A DNA stretch of 59,883 bases, filler included, from Jimgerdemannia flammicorona (taxonomy: Eukaryota), in the NCBI GenBank assembly GCA_003990765.1. It is 3 parts of 3 records of this genome, joined end to end, with 100 filler letters (N's around TTAATTAATTAA, not from the genome) between each part and the next. Parts side by side here need not be neighbours in the genome. Positions count along the whole stretch, not along the records: positions 20,011 to 39,897 come from RBNJ01001811.1; 2 more parts are not named here. One strand, given 5' to 3'. The notes below the pieces were generated by a model. That model saw only the letters and a program-made list of their open reading frames with translations. It had not been told where the DNA came from and searched no databases. A program made the position numbers and the translations under genes. Below, in pieces: positions 25,714 through 36,546 of this stretch; the first letter of the stretch is position 1, and each line of letters starts with the position of its first letter.

Positions 25714-25850
25714 CTGCTGGTATATTTGTAAGGACTGGTCATCCTTATCTAGAGTGAGGGCTCCCAATGTCATGGCTGGGGGTTCAAATCTCTCAGAAAT
25801 GATATTTTCTATAATCCAAGGCAATTTCTAATAGTAATATCTATCATGTA
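25714..25850 (+). repeat. 137-bp direct repeat (putative TSD), left copy
   Basis: CTGCTGGTATATTT...ATCTATCATGTA matches 36365-36501 at a constant offset of 10651. Confidence 0.92.
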
Positions 25851-28800
25851 AAGGAGGAAGAAGGCCCAGTGGGAGCCAAGGGAGCAAACCCAGAGCCAGT
25901 GTTAAAGCAAACAGAAGACATGTGGAAAGGTATGTATAAGGGGGATGAACAAAGAACATAACCAAAAATGCATTAGCCATTTATTGCCACATAAAAATGC
26001 AGTCCTTATATATAAAATATGACATCCCAAAAGGGAGGACATGCCACAACTCAGGGTGAACTGAATTAGAAACCACATGACTGCCGGAGATAGGTGGAGA
26101 TAAAGAGGGAGCCAATCTCAGTTGTAAGATAAAAATCACAAACAAACACAAACAAAACAAATCCAAATCAAGATTAAAAAACATCTGCAGACTCTGGGGG
26201 GGTGAGCACGAGTAAGGGATGAGGCCAAAACAGAGCAAGCCACAGCAAGCCCAAGCAAAGCGAGGGGCTGAAGGCAGCAGAGGAGAGCGGAGTAAGACCG
26301 AGACCCTGGAGTGAGCACGAGACCCCAGAGGGGGCAAGAATGTTTTTTAATCCTCTCCAGCAGAGCTAGAGATACCAGAAGGTAATGAAAATGCAAAATG
26401 AGAGTGATGAATTAAAGAAGAAACAGAAGGAAGATGCAAATAAGCAATCAGAAGGTGTCAAGAAAGAGATGAAAGTCTATGGCATAAAAGAGAAGAGTGT
26501 AGGACAGAATCAGGGCATTGAGCAACCCAGTGAGCATGATTGAATGGTATGACAAGAATCGGGAGTGGGAAAGAAGAGGGAGTACAGAGAGGGTAAGAGG
26601 GGAGGGAGGGAAGGAAGGGGGGATAAAGAGGAGAGAGTAGGGAAGAGCAAACAACAGACTATTCAACAGAAGTAAGCAGATTGCAAATGATAGAAATAGG
26701 GTAGGCATGATGATGGACTATGAAGTTGCCAAGAACCCAAATAGCAGACACCCAATCAGAATGATGGGAGCAGCATAGTGCAAGATGATGAGCCTCACTA
26801 TGAATGCATTCAAGAAGAGTGTGACAAGGATGATTAGACAAGAAGTCAGGGAACTATTGGGAACAGGGAAAACAGGAATAAACAACAGTTTGGAAAGGAG
26901 AAAGAGAAATGGAAAGATCCAAAAAGGGGATACTAGTTATACTGCACACCCAGGTAATAGAATGGTGGGGAGGGTAGATACCCAGAAACATACTAGGAAT
27001 ATCAATATCAGTAACAGCAAAGACAATAAAGTCATCAATGTATCAGTGAAAGAAGATATCTCCAGCCTGGAATGTAATGGAAAGAGGTGAAGAAATATCA
27101 TATAACATATGCAATTTATGGGCCAGGCCAATGAGGTTGGTAAGGGTGGGAGTACAATTCATTTCCATGGCAATACCAGAAGTCTGGTAAAAGGAGCCAA
27201 GGGCTGACTCAAAATAATTAGAGCTACAGACGAGGAGTGTAAGCTCAACAATAGAAGCAAGTAAAACTGGGGAGTCCAAAGAAAAAACAACAGAACCCAA
27301 GAAGCGAAGGCAATCATCGATCTCATCAAAACGAATAGCAGTATAAAAGGAGAAGAAGTTACCAGAGACCAAATGGGAAAAATGGTGAACAGGCACAATG
27401 GTGGAGCAGAGAAGGGCGAGCTCCTGAGTATCATAAAGAATAGTATACTCAGGCCCAAGATAGTATTGTAAGAGAGCCATCCAGGAGAGGAAGAAGTGGG
27501 ATAACCACTTCGAAATCTCAGTAGTAGGGGAACTGTAAGCAGCTGTAATGGGATGCCAAGCCAAAATTGGCTTGTGGACTTTAGGAAGAGTATAGAAAAC
27601 CAGAAGAGAAATATCCAGGGAGGACAAAGAGTCCTGAAAGAAGTTAAAAATAGGGTTCGTGAATGGAGAGTCTGAAAGCAATCTGGTGCAAGTCAGAGAA
27701 ACCCAAAGAAGAGTGAGAATCTCATCCAATCTAAGAGCACTAGGCTCATAAGCCATGGCTCGAAGGAGGGCAGAAAGGCCATCAAGATAGAGTGATTTAG
27801 GAATAAGTGCAAAACCCTGATTCTTATCAGTAATTGTGAGCAAATGTATGGGCAATTGCTTGACTGATTTAAGTGCAGTATACATGGCATGGTCTGAAAC
27901 CAAGCAAGAGCAAGCACATCCAGGAATGGACAGTGAGCAAGCCATGTTGAGGAATACACAGTATGAAGAGACATTGGGAGTGGGGACTCAATGGCTAGGA
28001 ACAAAATAGTGAGAGGGCATCTCACCATAATCTTGAAAGAAAATAGCAAGGTCAAGAGCACATCAAAAATATGTGAGATGAGCCAGATTGGTGAAAGAGA
28101 ATTGTGAGGGAGTCGCAGGAAAAACAAAGCAAGAATCCAAAGATAAGGCAAAGACTTGAAGGGGAGAAAGGGAGCAGTCAGCCAGAGAAAAAAGAGAGAC
28201 AAAAGAGTTCCAAGAGAAGAATAAACCTGAAAGTTCAGGACAAGCAACTGGGAAAGATGAAGGGGAGACAACATGAGGAACCACTCAGAGCATACCAGAA
28301 GTGACGATGGGATCCGAGAAGGGATAGGGACACTGGGGGAAAACTATGCTGGGGGGAAGTTTAAGAGTGAGAGGCCTTCCCCTTTCCTCTGACTTTTTTT
28401 GAAGACGGCAAGCCCAACAAACAGGAGCACACTCTGTCAGAGTGCCAGACCTTGCGGCCATAGGCTTTTATGCAGCCCTTACATTCAGGGGTATGGGTGG
28501 AGGAGGTGGAGGAAGAACTGGCAGAGGAGACCGAAGGCAAGCGAGCAGCCGAGGGGGCAGCCGAGGGGGCAGCAGCATGAGGAACACCACCATGAGGACA
28601 GACAGACTTGGCCAGGTGTCAGTAAGCATGGTGGAGGTGACCGGAGCAGACAGCACAAGGCCAGGCCCCAACAGAGTGAGAACCAAGTTGGTGGCTATGC
28701 TTGGGGGCAGGGGGAATGGAGGAGGAAGCCTTGGCAGAGGAGGGAGACCAGGAAGAGGCCAATGAAGTCTGGTTGGGCTTAGCAGGGGTCTTGGCAGGGG

Positions 28801-31575
28801 TCTTGGAGGGGGCCTTAGCAGCGGCAGCGGCAAAGGAATGAACCTCAGTATGAGCAGCAGTGCGAGCTTCAGCATGAATGGCCTCAGAGACCAAAACCTC
28901 AGGAGAGGCAGGTAGGGGAGCAGTGGTGGCAGCATGAGCAGCAGCAGCAGTGCAGGACATCTCCTACTCATAAAGGCAAACAACAAAAGAGGTGCCGGCG
29001 AGGAGAAAATGATGCACAGTATTGATGTCGGTGGTGACAGAAGGAATGTCTTGGATAGTAAAGCTACAAAAGAGGGCAGTATCCAAAAGGCAAGAGGAGG
29101 CGAAGGCCACGAAGGCAGCACAGATATGGTGGAAGGAGGTGGAAGCAGTGGTGGTGGAAGCAGCAGCAGCATCAGTGGTGACAAGCTTGGTGGCAGTAGT
29201 GGTGGCACGAACCTCTTCAGAGAGGGCTTGGCAGAGGAGGAAGAAGGCCCAGCGGGAGCCAAGGGAGCAAACCCAGAGCCAGTTTCAAAGCGAATAGAAG
29301 ATATGTAGAAAGGTATGTATAAGGGGGACAAATAAAAAATGTAACCAAAAATGTATCAGCCATTTATTGCAATGTAAAAATGCAGTCCTTATATATAAAA
29401 TATGATGTCCCAAAAGGGAGGATGCACCACAACTCAGGGTGAACCGAATTAGAAACCACATAACTGCCAGAGATAGGTGGAGATAAAGGGGGAGCCAATC
29501 CCAGTTGTAGGATAAAAATCACAAACAAATACAAACAAAACAAATCTAAATCGAGATTAAAAAACATCTGCAGACCCCAGAGGAGTGAGTGTGAGTGAGG
29601 GGTGAGGCCAAAACAGAGTGAGCCACAGCGAGTCTGAGTGAAGTGAGGGGCCAAAGGTAGTGGAGGGGAGTGGAGTAAGGCTGAGATCCTGGAGCGAGCG
29701 CAAGACCCTGGAGGGGGCAAGGATGTTTTTTAATCCTCTCCAGCAGAGCCAGAGGCACCAGAAGATAACAAAAATACAATGGATTAAAGAAGAAACAGAA
29801 GGAAGATGCAAACGAGCAATCAGAGGGCATCGAGAAAGAGATGAAAGTCCATGGCATGAAAGAGAAGAGCGCAGGACAGAATCAGGGTGTTAAGCAACCC
29901 AGTGAGTATGATCAAATGGTACAATAAGAATCAGGGGTGGGAAAGAAGAGGGGGTACAGAGAGAGTAAGGGGGGAGGGAGGGAAGAGAGGGGGGATAAAG
30001 AGGAGAGAGTAGGGAAGAGTGAACAACAGACCATTCAACAGAAGCAAGCAGATTGCAAACAATAGAAAGGGGAGAACCATGCTGGGGGAAAGTTTAAGAG
30101 TAGGAGGCCTTTCCCTTCCCTCTGACTTTTTTTGAAGGTGGCAAGCCCAATGAATGAGAGCACACCCCATCAGAGTGTCAGATCTTATGGCCACAGGCTT
30201 TCGTGCAGCTCTTACATTCAGGAGTATGGGTGGAGGAGGCAGAGAAAGAACCAGCGGAGGAGGCCGAAGGTGAGTGAGCAGCTGAGGGGGCAGTAGCACA
30301 AGGAACACCACCATGAGGACAGACGGACTTGGCCAGATGCCAGTAAGCACAGTGGAGGTGACTGGAGCAGACAGCGCAAGACCAGGCCCTGATAGAGCAA
30401 GAACCAAGTTGGCGGCCATGCTTGGGGGCAGGGGGAATGGAGGAGGAAGTCTTGGCAGGGGAGGGAGACCAGGAAGAGGCCAACAAAGCCTGGTTGGGCT
30501 TAGCGGGGGTCTTGGTGGGGGTCTTGGAGGGGGCCTTGGCAGTGGTGGTGGTGAAGGAATGAACCTCAGTATGAGCAGCAGTACAAGCTTTGGCACAAAT
30601 GGCCTCAGAGACCAAAATCTCAGGGGAGGCAGGCAGGAGAGCAGTGGCAGTGATATGAGCAGTAGCGGCAGTGTGGGACGTCTCCTGCTCATGAAGGCGA
30701 ACAACAAAAGAGGTGCTGGCGAGGAGAAAATGATATACAGTATCGATGTTGGTAGCGATAGAAGGAATGTCTTGGATAGCGAAGCCACAAAAGAGGGCAG
30801 CATCCGAAAGGCGAGAGGAGGCAAAGGCCATGAAGGTGGCACAGGTATGATGGAAGGAGGTGGAAGTGGTGGTGGTGGAAGCAGCAGCAGCATCAGTGGC
30901 AGTGAGCTTGGTGGCAGTAGTAGCAGTACAAACCTCTTCAAAGAGGGCTTAGCAGCAGGCTTTAGGGAGAATAGAGTAGCAGATGGTGGGTGGAGTGACA
31001 ATGTCAATGTTATGGCAGAGACGAGCCTCCTTGGCAGAGAGGGCAAGAACTGACTGGAACTGGGAGAGGAGTGGATGATCAGAGGGACAAAGGTCCAAGG
31101 GAAGAGAAAGGATGGCAGACAAGATATAGGTCTTGAATGAGATAATGGCAGGGGTGAAGGCAGGGGGAGGGGGAGGAGGAAGAGCCTCATCTATGAGCTC
31201 ATTGATAAGGATGGAGACCCCGAGGGCAGATAGTACAGCAGAGGAGGAAGAAGGCCTAGTGGGAGCTAAGGGAGCAAATCCAGAGCCAATGTCAAAGTGA
31301 ATGGAAGATATATGGAAAGGCATATATAAGGGGGACGAACAAAGAATATAACTGAAAATGCATCAGCTGTTTATTGCCATATAAAAACATGATCCTTATA
31401 TATAAAATACAATGTCCCAAAAGAGAGGATGTGCCATAACTTGGGGTGAACCGAATTAGGAACCACATGACTGCTGGAGATAGGCAGAGATAAAGGGGGA
31501 GTCAATCTCAGTTGCAGGATAAAAATCACAAATAAACACCATCAAAACAAATCCAAATCGAGATTAAAAAACATC
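25851..31575 (-). mobile_element. Penelope-like element array, left arm: pLTR-ORF1-(RT deleted)-pLTR-(5'-truncated ORF1)-RT-pLTR
   Basis: Reverse-complement homologue of 31576-36370, with junctions at about 30068 and 29231. Confidence 0.9.
26347..28400 (-). pseudogene. Penelope-like reverse transcriptase, decayed
   Basis: FYTLPKVHKP..WHPITAAYSSPT, SGNFFSFYTAI, YQTSGIAMEMNCTPTLTNL, followed by a thumb region containing SNHP. Confidence 0.88.
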
Positions 31576-32660
31576 CTTGCCCCCTTCGGGGTCTCATGCT
31601 CGCTTTGGGGTCTCAGCCTTACTCCACTTCCCTCCACTGCCTTCGGCCCCTCACTTCACTCAGGCTTGCTGCAGCTCACTCCATTTCAGCCTTACTCTCA
31701 CTCATGCTCACCCCTCTGGGGTCTGCAGATGTTTTTTAATCTCGATTTGGATTTGTTTTGTTTGTGTTTGTTTGTGATTTTTATCCTACAACTGAGATTG
31801 GCTCCCCCTTTATCTCCACCTATCTCCGACGGTCATGTGGTTCCTAATTCAGTTTGCCCCAAGTTGTGGTGCATCCTCCCTTTTGGGACGTCATATTTTA
31901 TATATAAGGACCACATTTTTACATGGCAATAAATGGCTGATGCATTTTCGGTTACATTCTTTATTCGTCCCCCTTATACATGCCTTTCTACATGTCTTCT
32001 ATTCACTTTGACACTGGCTCTGGGTTTGCTTCCTTGGCTTCTGCTGGGCCTTCTTCCTCCTCTTTTTAATCTCGATTTGGATTTGTTTTGTTTGTGTTTG
32101 TTTGTGATTTTTATCCTGCAACTGGGATTGGCTCCCTCTTTATCTCCACCTATCTCCAGCAGTCATGTGGTTTCTAATTCAGTTCTGGCACATCCTCCCT
32201 TTTGGGACATTGTATTTTGTATATAAGGACTGTATTTTTATGTGGCAATAAATGGCTGATGCATTTTTGGTTATGTTCTTTGTTCGTCACCCTTATATAT
32301 GCCTTTCCATATGTCTTCCATTCGCTTTGACACTGGCTCTGAGTTTGCTCCCTTGGCTCCTGCTGGGCCTTCTTCCTCCTCTTCTCCAGGTCTGTAGATG
32401 TTTTTTAATCTCAATTTGGATTTTTTTTGTTTGTGTTTGTTTGTGATTTTTATCCTGCAACTGGGATTAGCTCCCCCTTTATCTCCACCTATCTCTAGCA
32501 GTCATGTGGTTCCTAATTCGGTTCGCCCCAAGTTGTGGTACATCCTCCCTTTTGGGATGTTATATTTTATATATAAGGACTGTGTTTTTACATGGCAATA
32601 AACAGCTGATGCATTTTCAGTTACATTCTTTGTTTGTCCCCCTTATATACACCTTTTCAC

Positions 32661-33854
32661 ATGTCTTCTGTTTGCTTTGATACTGGCTCTGGGTTTGCTC
32701 CCTTGGCTCCCACTGGGCCTTCTTTCTCATCTGCTGTACTGCTTGCCCTCAGGGCCTCCATCCTCATTGACGAGCTCATGGATGAGGCTCTTCCTCCTCT
32801 CCCTCCCCCTGCCTTCACCCCCACCACTGTCTCATTCGAGACCTATATCTTGTCCACCATCCTTTCCCTCCCCTTGGACCTTCATCCCTCTGGTCATCCA
32901 CTCCTCTCTCAGTTCTGGTCAGTTCTTGCTCTCTCTGCCAAGGAGGCTTGTCTCCGCCATGATGTCAATGTCATCGCTCTGCCCATCATCTGCTACTCTG
33001 TTCTCCCTGAAGCCCACCGCCAAGCCCTCTCTGAAGAGGTTCATGCTGCCACTGCTGCTGCCAAGCTCACCGCCACTGATGCTGCTGCCGCTTCTACCAC
33101 CACCGCTTCCATCTCCTTCTACCATGCCTGTGCAACCTTTGTGGCCTTCATCTCCTCTCACCTTTCGGATGCTGCCCCCTTTTGTGGCTTTGCTATCCAA
33201 GATGTTCCTTCTGTCGCCACTGACATCGATGCTATGTATCATTTTCTCCTCACTAGCATCTCTTTTGTTGTTTGCCTTCATGAGCAGGAGACATCCCATG
33301 CTGCCGCTGCTGCTCATGCTGCTGCCACTGCTCTCCTGCCTGCCTCCCCCGAGGTTTTGGTCTCTGAGGCCATTCATGCCAAAGCTCGCACTGCTGCTCA
33401 TGCTGAGGTTCATTCCTTCACCACCACTACTGCCAAGACCCCTGCCAAGCCCAACCAGGCTTTGTTGGCCTCTTCCCAGTCTCTCTCCTCTGCCAAGGCT
33501 TCCTCCTCCATTCCCCCTGCCCCCAAGCATGGCTGCCAACTTGGTTCTCACCCTGTCAGGGCCTGGCCTTGCACTGTCTGCTCTGGTCACCTCCACCATG
33601 CTTACTGGTACCTGGCCAAGTCTGTCTGTCCTCATGGTGGTGTTCCTCATGCTGCTGCCCCCTCGGCTGCTCGCTCACCTTCAGTCTCCTCTACCAGTTC
33701 TTCCTCTGCCTCCTCCACCCATGCCCCTAAATGTAAGGGCTACATGAAAGCCTATGGTCACAAGGTCTGGCACTCTAACAGGGTGTGCTCCCATTTGTTA
33801 GGCTCACCACCTTCAAAAAAAGTCAGAGGGAAGGAGAAGGTCTCCTGCTCTTAA
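32661..33854 (+). CDS. PLE ORF1 (Ala/Ser/Pro-rich, CxxC..H motif)
   Basis: Open frame MSSV.FDTGSGFAPLAP..ILIDELMDEAL..WPCTVCSGHLH, conserved in the left-arm copies. TATATAA lies about 90 bp upstream inside the pLTR. Confidence 0.6.
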   Translation: MSSVCFDTGSGFAPLAPTGPSFSSAVLLALRASILIDELMDEALPPLPPPAFTPTTVSFETYILSTILSLPLDLHPSGHPLLSQFWSVLALSAKEACLRHDVNVIALPIICYSVLPEAHRQALSEEVHAATAAAKLTATDAAAASTTTASISFYHACATFVAFISSHLSDAAPFCGFAIQDVPSVATDIDAMYHFLLTSISFVVCLHEQETSHAAAAAHAAATALLPASPEVLVSEAIHAKARTAAHAEVHSFTTTTAKTPAKPNQALLASSQSLSSAKASSSIPPAPKHGCQLGSHPVRAWPCTVCSGHLHHAYWYLAKSVCPHGGVPHAAAPSAARSPSVSSTSSSSASSTHAPKCKGYMKAYGHKVWHSNRVCSHLLGSPPSKKVRGKEKVSCS

Positions 33855-35869
33855 ACTTCCCCTTAGCATGGTTCTCCCCCAGTGTCCTCATCCCTTCTTG
33901 GATCCTGTCATCACTTCTGGTGTACCCTGAGTGGTTCCTCATGTTGTCCCCCCTTTGCCTTTTCCAGTTGCTTGTCCCAAACTTTCAGGTTTATTCTTCT
34001 CTTGGAACTCTTTTGTCTCCTCCTTTTTCTCCAGCTGACTGCCCCCTTTCTCCCCTTCAAGTCTTTGCCTTATCTTTGGGTCCTTGCTTCGTTTTTCCTA
34101 CAACTCTCTCACAATTCTCTTTCACCAATCCAGCTCATCTCATATGTTTTCGATGTGCTCTTGATCTTGCTATTTTCTTTCAAGATTGTAGTGAGATGCC
34201 CTCTCACTATTTTGTTCCTAGTGATTGGGTCCCCCCTCCCAATGTCTCTTCATACTGCATATTCCTTGATATGGCTTGCTCGCTGTCTGTTCCCAGACAT
34301 ACTCACTCTTGCTTGGTTTCAGACCATACTATGTGTACCGCACTTAAATCGGTCAAGCAATTGCCCATGCATTTGCTCACAGTCACTAATAAGAATCAGG
34401 GTTTTGCACTTATTCCTAAATTGCTCTACCTTGATGGCCTTTCTGCCCTCCTTCGAGCCACAGCTTACAAGCCTAGTGCTCTTGGATTGGATGAGATTCT
34501 CACTCTTCTTTGGATTTCTCTGGCTTGTGCCAGATCACTTTCAGACTCTCTGTTCGCGAAACCCATTTTTAACTTCTTCCAGGACTCTTTGTCCTCCCTG
34601 GATATTTCTCTTCCGGTTTTCTATGCTCTTCCTAAAGTCCATAAGCCTATTTTGGCTTGGCATCCCATTACAGCTGCTTACAGTTCCCCTACCACTGAGA
34701 TTTCGAAGTGGTTATCCCGCTTCTTCCTCTCCTAGATGGCTCTCTTACAACACCATCTTGGGCCTGAGTATACTATTCTTCATGATACTCAGGAGCTTGC
34801 CCTTCTCTGCTCTACTATTGTGCCTGTTCACCATTTTTCCCATTTGGCCTCTGGTGACTTCTCCTCCTTTTATACTACTATTCATTTTGATGAGATCAAT
34901 GATTGCCTTTACTTCTTGGGTTCTGTTGTTTTTCCTTCGAACTCTCTGGTTTTGCTTGCTTCCATTGTTGAGCTTATGCTCCTCATCTGTGGCTCTAATT
35001 ATTTTGAGTCAACTCTTGGCTCCTTTTACCAGACTTCTTGTATTGCCATGGGAATGAATTGTGCCCCCACCCTTGCCAACCTCATTGGCCTGGCCTATGA
35101 ATTGTGTGCATTATATGATATTTCTTCACCTCTTTCTATTGTATTCCAGGCTGGAGATATCTTCTTTTGCTGATACATTGATGACTTTATTGTCTTTACT
35201 GTTGCTGGTATTAATATCCCTAGTATGTTCCTGGGCATCTACCCTCCATACCATTCTATTACCTGGGTGTATGGTACAACTAGTATCCCCTTTTTGGACC
35301 TTTTCATTTCTCTTTCTCCTTTCCAAACTGTTGTTTATTCTCATTTTCCCCATTCCCAATAGTTCCCTGACTTCTTGTCCAATCATCCTTATCGCACTCT
35401 TCTTGAATACATTCGTAGTGAGGCTCATCATCTTGCACTATGCTGCTCCCATCATTCTGATTGAGTGTCTGCTGTTTGGGTTCTTGGCAACTTCATGGTC
35501 CATCATTATACCTACTCTATTTCTATCATTCGTGATCTGCTTGCTTCTGTTGAATGGTCTGTTGTTCACTCTTCCCTACTCTCTCCTCTTTATTCCCCCT
35601 CCCTTCTCTCCCTCCCTCCTTATCCTCTTCATACCCCCTCTTCTTTCCCACCCCCAATTCTTATTGTACCATTTGATCATGTTTGCTGGATTGCTCAACA
35701 CCCTGATTCTGTCCTGCACTCTTCTCTTTTATGCCATGGACTTTCATCTCTTTCTCAACACCCTCTGATTGCTCGTTTGTATCTTCCTTCTATTTCTTCT
35801 TTAATCCATCGCTCTTGTTTTGCATTTTTGTCACCTTCTAGTGCCTCTGGCTCTGCTGGAGAGGATTAA
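33815..35869 (+). pseudogene. PLE ORF2 reverse transcriptase without GIY-YIG domain
   Basis: FYALPKVHKP, SGDFSSFYT, IAMGMNCAPTLANL, FC*YIDD (probably CGA>TGA), IPFLDL and SNHP. It has a few internal stops and ends at TAA 35869, followed directly by the pLTR. Confidence 0.9.
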
Positions 35870-36364
35870 AAAACATCCTTGCCCCCTCTGGGGTCTCGTG
35901 CTTGCTCTGGGGTCTCAGCCTTACTCTGCTCTCCTCTGCTGCCTTTGGCCCCTCACTTTGCTTGAACTCACTGTAGCTCACTCTGTTTTGGCCTCACCCC
36001 TCACTCGTACTCACCCCTCTGAGGTCTGCAGATATTTTTTAATCTCAATTTGGATTTGTTTTGTTTGTGTTTGTTTGTAATTTTTATCCTGCAACTGGTA
36101 TTAGCTCCCCCTTTATCTCCACCTATCTTTGGCAGTTATATGGTTCCTAATTCGGTTCACCTTGAGTTGTGGTGCATCCTCCCTTTTGGGATGTCATATT
36201 TTGTATATAAGGACCATGTTTTTACATGGCAATAAATGGCTGATGTATTTTTAGTTATATTCTTTGTTTGTCTCCCTTATACATGCCTTTCCACATGTCT
36301 TCTGTTCGCTTTGACACTGGCTCTGAGTTTGCTCCCTTGGCTCTTGCTGGGCCTTCTTCCTCCT

Positions 36365-36501
36365 CTGCTGGTATATTTATAAGGACTGGCCATCCTTATC
36401 TAGAGTGAGGGCTCCCAATGTTATGGCTGGGGGTTCAAATCTCTCAGAAATGATATTTTCTATAATCCAAGGCAATTTCTAATAGTAATATCTATCATAT
36501 A
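36365..36501 (+). repeat. 137-bp direct repeat (putative TSD), right copy
   Basis: Matches 25714-25850 with a few transitions. Confidence 0.92.
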
Positions 36502-36508
36502 GATGGCT

Positions 36509-36511
<3 letters not shown>

Positions 36512-36546
<35 letters not shown>

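Larger units (their letters stand above)
31576..36370 (+). mobile_element. Penelope-like element array, right arm: three tandem pLTRs-ORF1-RT-pLTR
   Basis: pLTR copies at about 31576-32062, 32063-32381, 32390-32730 and 35864-36370. ORF1 and RT lie between the last two. Confidence 0.9.

Noticed and set aside
31930..31960. Hammerhead ribozyme in the pLTR
   Set aside because: CTGATGC is not the CUGANGA core and no matching GAAA is positioned; mutational decay means a covariance search is still warranted.
31933..32226. Small ORFs MADAF... and MFFNLDL... in the pLTRs
   Set aside because: The MADAF ATG varies as ATGG/ACAG between copies, consistent with a decayed ACGG, and these ORFs recur only because the repeat does.
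28442..33747. Gly/Ser-rich and Leu/Pro-rich ORFs over the PLE
   Set aside because: Antisense or alternative frames of the compositionally biased ORF1.
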